From Lama guanicoe (taxonomy: Eukaryota), in NCBI GenBank assembly GCA_013239625.1, contig MU053934.1, forward strand, positions 651,285 through 715,284: a stretch of 64,000 nucleotides of DNA, given 5' to 3'. Below the pieces are notes generated by a model. It saw only the letters and a program-made list of their open reading frames with translations, was not told the origin of the DNA and did no database searches. A program made the position numbers and the translations under genes. Below, piece by piece: positions 1 through 13,121 of the stretch; position 1 is the first letter of the stretch, and each line of letters begins with the position of its first letter.

Positions 1-87
1 GCTCCGCCCTGGTCGCGCTCCGCCCTGGTCGCGCTCCGCCCTGGTCGCGCTCCGCCCTGGTCGCGCTCCGCCCTGGTCGCGCTCCGC
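1..87. repeat. 16-bp tandem repeat (GCTCCGCCCTGGTCGC) x5.4, inside the L1 5' UTR
   Basis: Five perfect copies at 1-80 plus a partial copy; truncated by the window edge. Confidence 0.95.
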
Positions 88-335
88 GGGTGGGCTCGGG
101 GAAGACCTAGGGGCAGCCTCGTCCCTGCTCCGAGCCAGACCCAGCTGCTTGTTTGTCTTTGTGGAGCAAGTTCTCAGATTTTTGGCGTCTTTATCTTTTG
201 AAGAGGGCGATGATCTGTCGGAGTTCCGCAGGTGCTCTGGTTGGCTGAGTGGGTCTGTAGATGTGGGTCTTGGTGTATTTGTGGGAGAGGGTGACTTACA
301 AGCGTCCTTCTACTCCGCCATCTTGCCTGAAAGCC
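1..335 (-). mobile_element. 5' UTR (promoter end) of a young LINE-1, continuing off the left edge
   Basis: Reverse complement begins GGCTTTCAGGCAAGATGGCGGAGTAGAAGGACG, the typical L1 5' end with YY1 core (GCCATCTT at 317-324); CpGs are intact; right flank reads TT/AAGA on the minus strand, an L1 endonuclease-like site. Confidence 0.85.
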
Positions 336-439
336 ACGTAATGTGTCTTAATTTAGGGAAATCCCCATTATTTTGGTCTTGGTAGGAGGTAAGTTTCCAA
401 CTTTTGATGTGGAAATTAAAGAGGGATGAAGATTGACAA

Positions 440-716
440 ATTGTTGGCCATTGGCTGTATATTCGACCTCCAGCCCATCTCTCCTCCCTGGAGGTCAGGG
501 GGTTGGGATTGAAATTTCCAACCTTCTAATAACACAGTTGGTTTCCTGGCAACCAGCTGCCATCCTTAGGTGCAGTCCAAAAGTCATCTCATTAACATAA
601 CAAAAGACGCTTTTAATCTCTCTTAGATTCTTAGGAAATTCCAAGGATTTTAGGAGCTCTGTGCCAGAAATGACAAAGACTAAACAGAAATTTCTTTTTA
701 TGAATCACCATATCAA
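440..716 (-). mobile_element. MER21-like LTR fragment
   Basis: GGAAATTCCAAGGATTTTAGGAGCTCTGTGCCAGAAA...ATCACCATATCA matches the reverse of the MER21 5' end as I recall it. Confidence 0.7.
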
Positions 717-1199
717 ACTGTCCATCCTCACTAAATTTGCAGCATAACTGACAGCTGAAGGCCTTAAGGGAAATTTGGAGAGTCCATTGTCCACGGAAGG
801 TTTTTGGTCAGTGGCCATAAATGCATGTCCAGCAGGAAATAGCCTGAAACAGTATTTCCAAGTCTGCTCCCTTATCACTCCTAGCCCAGAACACCAGCTC
901 ATTGTGAAATATTTGTTTATAAAACACTCCTAGGCTACTTCATACGCCCTTCCAGGGAAAGTGATCCCAGGAGGCCTGATTATTCTCAGCTCTCTAAAGC
1001 AAAGCAAGCAGTCTGCAGACTACTCACATGCTGGTCATGCAGAATTTCTGCTGTACAGACGGTGTGCGGTCCCTACTGCCAAAGCCATTCTCCCTTCATC
1101 CTTGCTGGCAAAGTCCCCAGCTCCAAGGAGAAATCCTTATGACTCTCAATTTACCACTGAGGCCCATACACCTTGCCAGAAATTGGTTCAGAGATGCAT

Positions 1200-1576
1200 C
1201 TTAAAGCAGTTCTAGCCAATGAGATGTGAGAAATAGGCTGCAGCTTTGGGGCGTAGGCTTCATTGCTGACAAAAAGGGACACAGGAGAAGAGACAGCCCC
1301 CTCCTTCCTTTGGACATTTTGGTGTTTGTATGTAAGGCTGGAAGTGGCAGCAGCCAGTCTAGGACCACGATTTCACCAAGCACATAGCTAATATGGTGGG
1401 ACAGCTGAAAATTAGAAGAAATGTGGTTTCATAATAATGTCAATAAACCTTGAATTCATCCATTCTGAAGACACCTCACCTCAGGATGCTTGCAATTTGA
1501 AATCTGAAAACTCCCTTACTGTTTAGATTGGTTGCATCAATGTCACGTGTTACTTGCAGCTGAATGCATCCCAACA
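1200..1576 (+). mobile_element. old MaLR LTR (MLT1-like)
   Basis: CAGTTCTAGCCAATGAGATGTGAG and terminal GTTACTTGCAGCTGAATGCATCC are MLT1 hallmarks. Confidence 0.6.
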
Positions 1577-2379
1577 CATGCATCTCAAGAGCCATCCACC
1601 CAGGCCTCTCCATCACCCCAGGTGGAGCTATAATGTCAATTGCATAGTTTTTATAATTCTCTTATGTGTGAAAGTGTTTCTGTTTGGTAGCTCTCTGGGA
1701 CCACCTGCCTAGCACTCAAAATTACCAGTATTACGTGGACACCCCTCATGGAAGTCCTGACTAGAGGTACAAGGGGCTTAAGTCGTGGAAATAACAGTAT
1801 TGCTAACAACAATAACAACACACACACACATATGTCTGCTATGTTCCAGGTACTGTTCTTTTGCATTTGGAGAAGTTTTGCTATTAAGAAAGAGATAAAT
1901 AGAGCAAGTGGCTTGCAGGTCAAGAAAGGGTTTCACCAAGATAACTCATAAGATCGTGCCCGCACTAACCCAACATCCACATAATTTTCAAACACGTCAA
2001 TCCTCAGTCCTTGGAGCATCTACTCCAAGCAAAGTTATGTTTAAGACCCCAGCCCTTAGTCTGAACTCATGTTATAGCTGCCAAAAGTCATAGTAGAGGA
2101 TCTTATCAGGGTAAGAGGGACACAGGAGGGAAACTCTTTCTTCGTTAAGCCTTACTAAGGTGACAATCATTCTGTTCTGGGAGAACAGAATCCAAACCAT
2201 TTGAAATTTGAACTCCATTGAGAGAAATCTCTCATCAAGTGGTTAATTTTGACATTATCTATCTGCTATATTTGAGGGAGGGAGATTGACCTATGCCTAA
2301 TGTCTCTGCTCTAAGCATGGGCAATTCAGATGTGTTTGCCTTATTGAAAAATTTAGAAATGTTTGATGGCCTTTGTTAC

Positions 2380-2638
2380 CTCCAATTCTTCACCCACCAG
2401 TCACTCTTTAAACCAATCCCTTCCACCACCACCCCAAAAGCTTCTGATACTAGTACTTTATGGAAAATGGCTCTTGTTAAAGTCACTATTGACCTCCATC
2501 TTGCTGGATCCAGTTCTAGTCTTACATGACCTCTTCACAGTAGGAATGGTGTCTACTGGACTTACTGAGCATTCTTGATGCCTAGCAAAGGTCTAGCACA
2601 TAGTAGGTGCTCAACAAGTATTTGTGAATGAATGAATA
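2380..2638 (+). mobile_element. L2 fragments including the 3' end
   Basis: GCTCTTGTTAAAGTCACTATTGACCTCCATCTTGCT and AGCACATAGTAGGTGCTCAACAAGTATTTGTGAATGAATGAA. Confidence 0.7.
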
Positions 2639-5600
2639 TGTATTCTCTGTCACATGATGTGTTGGGGGCAGAAGTTAGTTCTGTAATTCAGAGTCCAGAG
2701 TTCTTGCTACTAAAACATACCTTGACGGAGCTTTACATGGTGAGATGGAGGTGTCTCACTTCAACATTTTCTAAAGACCAGAGCCAAACACCACTTTTTC
2801 TTCTTTGCTTTTATAAACAACTAAATCCAGGAGCACGTTGAGTCTCAGAATAACTTTCCCTTTTCAAACATTTTCCCCAACAAAATTTCATTGCCCAGTA
2901 AGCAGGTGCATGATGGAATATGTTCAGAAAATTTCTCACATAGGCATCAGTTTTGTTTTGAGTTCTATACCCTTCCTCAGCTCTCTCAATAATGCTCTGA
3001 AAGAACAATTAAACCCTAAATTTTTGACAAGGGGACAGGAAGGGAAAATAATCTGTTTTAAGAACCCGGTTATCAATCACATAAACTGCCAACTAATTAT
3101 TACAATGTACCAAATAGCCAAAAGTGATGAGTATCGTTTGTTGAGAGGTTTCAACAGCCAAGAACAGGGCCAGAAGACCCAGCTGGGAGGCCCTGCTGCT
3201 CTAACCAAAGACAAGCCACAACGTCCACATAACATCCAAATTCACCACTTGGGAAGCCAATCTGGTGGGTTTCTTGTTTTGTTTTGTTTTTGCACAAAAC
3301 CTCATGAAATCTCAGCTAGAACACAAAGGCAACAGACTTCACAGTTTCTTTGGAAGCGAATGGCCTCGTGCCACAGCCAGTCTTTACGGGAAAGATAAAT
3401 GTTAGTTCATTCAAGAGAGTGACAATGATTGCCTATCAATCCTCTTTTCCTGGAGACGCCATTCTAGTGCCCAGTGGCCAAAAAGAATTGGAAAAGGTAT
3501 TTACCCACAGCATCCAGAGGCCAAGTAGCTGGAAATGGCTTCTGAATGTCAACCAAGGTCATAGTAAGGAAAGAGGGAAACAGTGACGGAACATTAAGCC
3601 TTCAAAATGAACCTCGGCCATCACCAGGAAAGAGTGATGAGATTGGGACCAGGTTGGAATGCAATGTACGGAGAGGGCCTGGGAAAGAGGGTCAGAACCA
3701 AGTAGCACTGGGTCTTGGAGGTCCAGGTGTGTGAATGCATTAAGGAGATGAGCTCTTGCAGGGCTGACTGTCAATGGCCATTTTCTACTAGAAATGTTTC
3801 TTCTTCACATCTTGGGACATTGACAAGATGCAGCCAATCCAGTGACACCTACTCACCTTTGCAGGTTTCTCTTCACCGCAGAACCAATGAAGGAAGACAT
3901 TCTGGTGCTTGTTCAGTTTCCACCAGTGTCCTGGTTGCCTCTGGTATAAAAAGAAAAATTTGCCTGATACCAGTAGGTGACATTTGACTTTTTGGGAGTT
4001 ATTTTCTCTCTGAAGGACAAATACATCCTCAAACATATTTCAGCCACGGCTTCCAATGCCCTGTGTTCTGTAAACGCCATGACAGCTATACAGTAGCTAG
4101 TTATGCCTATGGGTAGAGCAAAGTCTGAAATTTAGGGTAACAAAGTAGGGCATCTCAAAATCAGGCATCTTCTGAATTAATAACCTATTTTGGGTGATGG
4201 TTTTTTTACGGTGACCTCGCTAAGCTAATATCATACTTTTTGTATTAAAACAGGGGCTTTGGGGAAACCTGAACACTCACATTTTGCACAGACTCATTCA
4301 GCCCTTGGCCTTGGTGTTCCCAAGGAACAGGGAGAACACAGGCGTCCCCACGGTGATGATGACGATGAACCAGAACTTGAGGAGGAGTTTGAGGGTGCTA
4401 CACTGGGGATCCAGCTAGATGTGCTTGTTACTTAGTAAGACCGGGGAAGGTGAGAGGGGAGTTAATAAAGCTAAATTAATATCATTTTGGGGGGAATGGA
4501 GCATCACCTAGTGCTGAAGGAAGGCTGCATCCTAATATCCAAGTCCTCCAGTCTGCAGGGACCACCCAAATATTCAGGTTTCCCCACAAATGGGTAGAGT
4601 GTAGCTTCTGCAGTTTTAGACACGGCAATAAACCAAAAGGCCACGTAGGTCGTCACTTTCTAAGAGTTCCATGAGCAGGTATTGAGCCTCCAGCATAAGG
4701 TGAGGCTCAAAGAGTAGGATGTTTTGTTCTTCGAGGGCAAAGGTTGTGTTCTGATTCATCTCAGAATCCCCAGGGAGTTATTTGTGAACAGACAAATGGA
4801 TGAACCACAGGGAAAACGGTGCAGAGTGGGCCTTGCCCCAGTCATAGGTTGGGAGTGAGATCCTAGGCATATTATTGGAACAGAAGCTGGTGACTATAGT
4901 ATCTACATAATGGGTCACTCCATGGGGTTTCTTGCTCAAGAATAGGACTGGAGCCCAGATACCCAACAGGAGCAACTCATCCGATTCAGACGTGCCACAA
5001 AGGGCTTGGGGCAGAATGCTCCCAGAACTGCTCCTGAGAACTGGCTACAGACGGGTGGGTGGGCTTCAAGAGGCTGCAGCTATGGGGATGAGGGCAGGGT
5101 CTCTGAGACTGGGCAGACCTTCACCTGGGATGAGCATCTGGTCTGTGCCGGGATTGACCTACTGAAATGCTCTGTACTGGCTGGTACTGTACTGAGACCC
5201 CTGAGGGCCCCTGCCAACATTCTGGCCACCCCCCGCTTCTCCCCGCTGCAGCCTTTGGACGCCCCATGATCTGGCAACTAAAGGGGTTGATTCCTGGCAC
5301 AACAGGGTCTGGATCTGCACTGGGGGGAAGGGGGAGGCTGTGCTATGCAGGTTACTATAGGTTTTGAATATCATCCTGTATTTACCCTAAGGCGAGGTTA
5401 ACCACAGGGTCTCCAATGGGTTGCGAGAGCGTGAGAGCTATTTTTGAGGGTGTTGGGTAAACAGAGGCTAGTTCCACAGTCTTTATTCTTCCTAAACTCT
5501 GAACCTCCAGACCAGTCCAATAAGGAGCAAGTCTGTGGACTCAGCCTGGTCTGAACAGCCTCGTGTTCAGACCACCACCACCTGCCCTTTTCATAGAGCT

Positions 5601-6104
5601 GCTTGTCCCCCAAGAACTCAAAGGAAAACAGATGTGCCTTGGGCCACAGCCTGTGGCCCAAGGAACTAAATTCCAGAAGGCTGAGGGTTCCTTGTGCAGA
5701 GAAATACACCAAACCCAGGATGCACGCTCTCTCTTTTCTTTTGTTCTTATTTTCCCTTCCTCTGGTTACAGATTCCCTTTTCGCTGTATCCTGCTCACTC
5801 ACCCCTGCAGTCGGACACTTGGCTCTCTAAGGGCAATCAGGTCCTCTCTCAGAAAAATGAAGGGTGCTAAAATTAATCTGACCCGATCCCCTTAGGAGGT
5901 CCTGTGTCCCTATTTCCAGACATGCTGTCTGATTGTCCGATTCCATCTCTGATTTGCGGAGTGACTGCATTGTCCTTCCAACAAAGCTCCCTTCCTTTTT
6001 TTCTGTTGCTCACATCCTGAGAATCCCGACCAATAGATCCAGGGAGTAAGAAACAAAAATCACAGGAAAGAGACATAAGTGGAGCCTCATTAAAAACCAC
6101 ATAG

Positions 6105-6240
6105 GGAGGAGGGGTTCGCTCAGTGGTAGAGCGTGTGCTTAGCACGCACAATGTCCTGGCTTTAATCCCTGGTACTCCACTAAAAATAAGAACTGTATAA
6201 ACCTAATTATCTCCCCCCGCGAAAAATAAAAGTGAGTAAA
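6105..6240 (+). mobile_element. tRNA-Ala-derived SINE (camelid Vic-1-like)
   Basis: tRNA-like head GCTCAGTGGTAGAGCGTGTGCTTAGCACGCAC with degenerate B box, AAACCTAATTATCTCCCCC tail, A-rich end; TSD TAAAAACCACA(T/G)AG at 6091-6104 and 6241-6254. Confidence 0.9.
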
Positions 6241-7244
6241 TAAAAACCACAGAGATAGTTATTCTAAACTAGTATAGACACAAGGACCTGGAACCCGTCA
6301 ATAGTTCTGTTAGTTGGATTTGAGCTTCAGAGATTATGGAATGAAGTGTTTCTGCATCCAAAACACTGTCGGTGGAACGTTTCTTAAATACAGTTACACT
6401 TAAAATTAGCCTGACTTCTATGCTGTGCTGCCATTGTCTTTTTGTCACTTTGGCAGAACCTTAGGGAAAGAACAAAAAGGGGGTTTTATTGAAGGGCTGA
6501 ACGTTGAGAGACGGAGCCACAATGAGCCAGCCCATGTCTGACATCCTTTCAGGGAACTCGAACTAGTTTTTCATGTTCTGCAGGAGCCATTTACTTCGAG
6601 CCTTTCTCTTATCCTCAGAGGAATTTGGGGGTGACAAGCACCTTCCGAGCTAACTCTAGGGGCTCAATTCAGGAAAAAAAGAACTCGTGGGAACAGCAGT
6701 GGGGGAAATTAGCAAGGGTGAATAACTCGAGTTTACAAAACAGTAAATGGAGAAACCAGCGATTCAGGACGCTGATCGTTGATTTTGACAGGTGTAGTTT
6801 ATCTCTGCTCATTTATAATAATTATACATTGTGGAGACTCATTATCCTGCCCCCCTTCTGTCTCAGTGCTGAGAGCAGTTAAAAGTAAATTTGGCAAGTC
6901 TGTTGGGGGGAGGGAGATAATGGGTATTAATGACCAAATGGGAAATCTATACTTGGGCCACTTACTGTGAGGGTTGTTGAAAGGGTGCAGTCAGGCTTTG
7001 AAATAACATTTCTAAACTCTTGATTTTTTTTTTCCTCCCATCAGTGCTTCGTTGGGATTAAATATGTTCAAAGGCTCACTTTCCCTTTTCTTGTTACTCT
7101 TTCTCCTCCTAAGAACACAGAATTTCTTGGATTCAGAGCTGAGAATCATCTTGGTTTGGGGATGGAAGTCAATATAGATGTTTTGGAAAATCCTGGAATG
7201 TTTATTATTTTGACCAGGGATATTGGGGAAACAATGTAATCACA

Positions 7245-7470
7245 TGGATCTTGGAGCCAGATTGTTTCCAACTTCTGCTACTTACTAAATGTGTTCATTA
7301 CAACTCGGTTCTGCTATCACACCGTTAATGTTGGGGTAATAATAGTACCTACCTCAAAGGTTTGTTTGGAGGATTAAATTAGTTCATATAAATAAAAGTG
7401 CTTAGAACAGTGCCTGGAACTTACTACACACTGTATATTATTTATTATTATTATTGCTATTATTATTTAT
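7245..7470 (+). mobile_element. MIR SINE
   Basis: GGGGTAATAATAGTACCTACCTCAAAGG...GAGGATTAAA...GTGCTTAGAACAGTGCCTGG core. Confidence 0.8.
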
Positions 7471-8889
7471 AAGAGAGAGGCAGTAACAGTATCTACCTTA
7501 TGGACTACGCTGTGCAGGTTAACTAAAATACTTCATATGGAGCTCTGGACAAAAATTAGTTATTTTTAGTATCCATTCTGACTTTGTAATAGTAAAACTC
7601 TGAGCTCAGAATTGTCTTAGAACTGAAACTTTCAATGCACAGCATATTGCACAGTTTTTAGTTCAACAAGCATATTCCACGTGTCCATTTATGGTCAAGT
7701 CCTGGGAATACAAGATGAATTACACCACCATCCTAACCCTCAGAAAGGGAAGGGAAACAGAGAAGTGAATACCGTAGTGGAGCTAAAAGAGATGTTGAGA
7801 GACCCTCCACTACTCCACGTAGAGTTGAAGATAAAAATATCGTAATTTGCCTTTTTTGAAAAGACTTGTTAAAAAAAAGCGGTTGACCCTTTAGAAGCGT
7901 TTAAATAACCGGGTCTCTTTCTCCACCTTTCACCTGCATCTCTCTTCCCACCAGTGAGGTCCATGTCCTCCCACTTTACACAGATGAAGAGTGCTCTGCT
8001 GCCTCTAGGACATATGCTCTGGTTTTGCTTTCAAGCGTATTCACTCAGGACCACCATTAGCCTGAATTTTGCCTTAGTTCAAATTAGAAACAGGATTCCT
8101 TGTCCTGGATGCCCTGGCGCAGACGATCTTGCACAAGTTGAACGTGACAGCGCCATGTCTTTCCACGTTCCAACTTACTTTGTGGGCATGTCAACTCTGG
8201 GTAGCTCTGCAAGTGAAGACATCCTTTGAAATCTAACTGCTTAAGAACTGCTGCTGCTCTAGGGACGCTTTCCAAAAAGGCAAAGTTTGCATTTTTTAAA
8301 AGAGAGGGAGCAAGAAGTATGTTATATGGGGAAGGTTTTACAAAGAGGCTCGATATTGGAACTGTTGCCTCTAACTTCTATGTCCTCCAGCCTCAACCAC
8401 CCAGTTAGAGGATGGGGTCACTTCACACTTATGCCCAAATTACAGTGGCTGGAATGCTCTCTACCCACATCTTCTCATGCAGGAATGTGGGCCATTTGGG
8501 GGTGAATTCCTTAAAAGGTCACTCTGGAATCTGCCTACAGGATCCCTGCAGCTGTCACTGTTCCCCACACTCAGCATGACGCTTCTGGACTCCACACAGG
8601 GTGGAGTGACTCAGTCCTTTCCCAACTTCCAGGGCTCGGGGTGTGGGCTTCTGTGCAGAGGTGGGAAGAGACATCTCATAATATAACCCATCATGGCTTT
8701 TAAGGAGGCCCCCAGAATTGGTAAAACCATGACAATCTGCCTCCCACAGCTAACTATCCACTAGGTTAATCCCTAAAGGGGGTCCATCATGAAAACTGGT
8801 ACCTCATTTTCCCCTACAAGACCCCCAGCACTGACCCCATTATGCCTTCTATCCCTTGTTACCTCAGTCACCACCACACTCCCAAGCCT

Positions 8890-9915
8890 CTTAATTTTTG
8901 ATTTTCTATCTCACTTGGCCTCTTAGGAGCATCGGACACAATGGATCATTCTTTCCTTCTCAAAATCCTTTCTTCACTTGGCTTCTGAGCCACCCCATTC
9001 CTCCTATTTCCCTCTTACCCGACTGGCTGCTTCTTCCCAACCTCCTTTGCTGGCCTTTCCTCCTCCTTCTGACTCTACAAGATTCAGAATTTCCCAGGAC
9101 ACAGTTCTGTTCACTCTCACTTCCTTTGTGAACTCACTTAGCCCTGTGGAATTAAATGTCATCTATATTCTTAAGACTTCCTTTTTTCTTTCTCTACTCT
9201 CATCCCTTCCCTGAGCTCCAGGATTCTGTATCCAGCTGTCTATTTTGGATTCACCTACAGAGGTGATTTTCTAAATGGTATAAGCAGACCTCTTCATTTT
9301 ATCTCCCAGTCCTCTTCTCCTCCATCAATAAGTGGCATCGTTATATGCTCAGTTTCTCAGGCTCCAAACTCTACAAGTTCTCCTTGAATTCTCACTTTCC
9401 CCTGGCCCCAGTTCCAATCCAACAGAAAATCCAAAACAGGTCACGTTTTACCACCTCGTCTTTACCATTCCAATCCCAGATGCTATAATCCCTGGTGGCA
9501 TGATACAACAGTCTCCTGACTGACTTCCCAATGCCGCTCTGGCCACCTACATTCAATTCTCCACACAACAGCTGGAAGGGTCTTTTAAAACCACAAACAG
9601 TTCATGGTGCGCTTTTGCTAAAAACCTACTAAAGATTCCTCAGCATCTCAGAATAAAATCCCAGACTCCTCACAATTGCCTCCAAGGGCACATGGTATAT
9701 TCAGCCCCTGGTTATCTCTGTGAACCCATTTTCTACTATTTGGTGCCTGGAATGTTTCATCATGGTTTTGCATAGTTTGGTCCATCACTTCATTTAAATC
9801 TTTACTTAACTGTTATCTCTTCAGAGAGGTCTTTCTTGCCCACTCTGTTTGAAATAGCACTTCCCTCTTATTCCCTCTAAATTGTTTATTTTTCTTATAG
9901 CATTTATTCTACAAC
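8890..9915 (+). mobile_element. L2 (3' portion), interrupted by an L1
   Basis: Pyrimidine-rich L2-type sequence (CTGAGCTCCAG...TATCCAGCTG; CTCAGAATAAAATCCCAGACTCCT; TTCAGAGAGGTCTTTCTTG); resumes at ~10675. Confidence 0.75.
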
Positions 9916-9938
9916 ATATATATATATATATATATATA
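9916..9938. repeat. (AT)n microsatellite
   Basis: ATATAT run at the L2/L1 junction. Confidence 0.85.
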
Positions 9939-9984
9939 ATGTGTGTATATAACACATATATATTTATGTATATGTCTGTGTTTA

Positions 9985-10667
9985 AAAACTCAGTATAATT
10001 GATAATATTAACAGAATATAAGAAGAGTCAACGAACATGCCAATAGATGTAAAAGCACATTTGACAAAAGTTAATACCTAGTCATAATAAAATCTCTAGG
10101 CAAACTAGGAATAGAAGGGAACTTCCTTAATCTGTTAAAACACACATTTAAAAAAATCTTACAAATAACATGATAATTAATAGTAAAATATTGAATTCTT
10201 CCACCCTTAGATCAAGAATAAGGCAAACATCTCCACGATCTTGGATCTATTCAATATTGTATGAACAGCTTAGCCTTAGCAATAAGACAAGATGAAGAAA
10301 TAAAATGCATAAGGATCAAAAGGGAAGAAGTAAAACTGTCTCTACTTGCACATGTCATGATTAATTTTACATAGAAAAGTCTAAGGAATCTACAAAACAA
10401 CTACTAGAAATAGTAAGTGGATTTTACAAGGGTGCATGATTCAAGATCAATATAAACAAATCACCTATGTTATATATGTGGGCAGAATATAATTGGAAAA
10501 TGAAATTTTAAAATTATACTTATAATAACATTTAAAACATACTTAGAACTAAATATACCCAAAGATCTGTACTCTAAAAAATTATACAACATTGTTGAGA
10601 GAAGTAAAATAACTAAATAAATAGAAATGTATACCAGGTTCAAGGATTGGAAGACTAAAAAAAAAAA
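9985..10667 (+). mobile_element. old L1 ORF2 (RT region) fragment inserted in L2
   Basis: GCAAACTAGGAATAGAAGGGAACTTCCTTAATCTG; GAAGAAGTAAAACTGTCTCTA; GGATTGGAAGACT followed by an A tract; frames disrupted. Confidence 0.85.
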
Positions 10668-10674
10668 TACATAT

Positions 10675-10826
10675 ATAGTTCATGTTTATCGTCTGCATCT
10701 CCCACCGGGACGTAAGCTCTTTGGGAGAAGGAATTTTTTTCCTGTTTCATTCCCTGACGTATTTTTGGTGTCCATTAACAGTGTCTGACACACAGTAGTT
10801 GCTCATTAAATATTTGCTGAATAAAT
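10675..10826 (+). mobile_element. L2 3' end (continuation of 8890-9915)
   Basis: GTAAGCTCTTTGGGAGAAGG...ACAGTAGTTGCTCATTAAATATTTGCTGAATAAAT. Confidence 0.8.
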
Positions 10827-13121
10827 TTCTATACAAGGCTCCAAAACAGTTTTGATTTTGCTTAGAGTTTCATAAAGTTTCTCAATAAAACAATCCTATC
10901 TGTCTTATTCCTCTAGCAATAGGGACCAAAATTGACTCTAGTGGCCTTACAGATAGAGACTATCCCCTTCATCATCTTCACATCCTCTTCAATCCCTGGC
11001 TCCCAATCAGAACTCAAGCCTCTACTATTAGTCTCTGAAAATAGGCTCCCAGAGTAAATGGGGTGCAGAGACTCCTTGCAGGCCAAAGCACCTTATTAGA
11101 GCAGGCAGTATCTGCCAGTGGTGGAGAGGAATAGATTCAGGTCTTGTAGCAAGGTTGGGTAGTCCTGAATAGTTACCCTAAAACAACAAGGAATCAGAAA
11201 TAGGACACCCAAATGGAAGCTGAATTCTGTAATGGTTCCCAAGGATGCAGATTAGAATTGAGAGACAAAACCAAAAACAAAAAGTCAGAAGCCATACAGA
11301 TAGACTCTGCAGAGGGGGAGAATGCAGGACAATTGTTATGACCAGGCTTGACCCTCTTCTGAGGAGCTTATCTAAAAGGATTGGAAACCCCCAAAAATTT
11401 GAAGTCAGTTATGGGTTTAAAACCCAGTAGTATGCATGGAGAAAGCTCTTGCTTTCCCTGAGGTTTACTTTCTTTCTTTATAAAATAGGGATTTTAATAT
11501 TTGCCATGCCTACCTTGTAGGATCACTGTGATGATCAAATGAGACCAGTGTCATAGAAAGACTATTATTATATTAGCCAAGACTTATCATTATTTAAGCT
11601 CTGAAGGAGGCTCAAGTTTAAGTCTTCATGGTTTGTTATCTAATTTGACCTGAATTCTCATAATATAAGCTCCTTCCATATTCAAATATAAATATAAAAA
11701 TCCCTTTTGCTGCCAAATGTATGATTGTAGGGAAGACAATTTATGTCTTTGGTTACCTGCGATCTGCAGTGTCTATGCCATCTTCTCATATGGTTGAAAA
11801 GCATCTCTTCCACACTTGGTCTTATTTTCTAGCTACATAATTCCCTTCAGAGGCTCTTTTATAAATTATTCAAGAAAAAAAGCATTCGGTAAATACAAGA
11901 TTCCAATGAAGGGGCATCCAATACCTGGAATAAAGACAGAATTAATTCAAAATAATTACATAGATCTCCCATTTAAAAACTTCAACATTAGGTTTATATT
12001 TAGCCATAATATTAAGTAGTTGGACCATGTTCAACTTGTTTTTATAATGAAATCTTGTTGGTAAACTAAATTACTTGAAAAAAAAAATAAAAGGATGGTC
12101 CTCCTGGCTTATATAACAAGCACAAAATAACTAAACATTATTAAAATTAACTACACGTCATGCAGAAATAGAATATTTAATACTATTGAGTGCTTTGTCA
12201 CACATGGAAGAGCTGTTAAGTAGGTCAGATCAATGACAAGAAACGTCACATCACTCTAGAGCTGCTCAGATAGGCAAGTATTCTTCTCAGCATCTCTTAT
12301 CTTCTGCCTTGAACATTGCTTCTCATCACTGTTTTCTCTTAGCAAATTTACCTGACTTTAGGTCAGTCTCTGCCCTTGTCTACAATGAAAAAAGACAATT
12401 CACCCAATATGATTCCCCAGGAACTGTTAAATTCTAAACCATTGTTTCTGTGGCTCTGCGAGGTAGAAAAGTGAGACTAAGACATATGAGGGAAAGGAAG
12501 AACACGTTCCTGACTTGTCTAGATTCTAAATGATACTGAAACACGAGCCATATGGCCAAGACCTCAAAGCTAGGAAGTGGCCACGCTGCGATTTTAGCTC
12601 AAGTCTGACTCTAAACATTGTTCTTTTCTACAGACACAGCCCTGTCTCTTGTGGCAAGAATTACATAATGCTTAGAAAAGATTTGGATGGAAACGAGTGA
12701 CAACCAGAAACGTTACAAAAAAGCCATTTCACACAATGGTTTGAAATATTCCGTCCCCATTTGATACAGGGATTTGTGATGGTCTCTATGACCCATCACA
12801 TCAGTGATAAAAATAACCATTGGCCCAATTGCTTAGAGCTGGAAATAAATCAGACAAAGGCAATCAATCAGTCAAATATTTCAAGTGTCTTCTGTTTGCT
12901 CAACACTGTACTCGGCTCTGTGGGAAATGACAGCTTGCACATCAAAGCTCTTTGACAAGCAAGAAGTGAATGTGAAATAGTATTATTAGAGAAAAACTAC
13001 ATGAGGTGGTCCAGCTTCAAAGAACTTAAAATTTTAATGGGGGGTGAAGGGGGTTTTCAAATAACAATAGATCTCCACCATCATAAACAGCACAGAAAAT
13101 GTATTTAACTAAGGATTAGAC

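Noticed and set aside
1..87. Tandem array as a CRISPR or telomeric repeat
   Set aside because: No spacers, eukaryotic context, and it lies inside an L1 5' UTR.
2838..3398. 186-aa + strand ORF
   Set aside because: Non-ATG start, no recognisable domain, no convincing + strand splice or promoter context.
4331..4435. Acidic peptide-like stretch (HGDDDDEPELEEEFEG)
   Set aside because: Short, ends in a stop, weak splice signals; explained by GAT/GAG low complexity.
6105..6180. tRNA-Ala gene (also 48396-48472)
   Set aside because: Broken stems, SINE-specific tail, A-rich end and TSDs show these are SINE copies.
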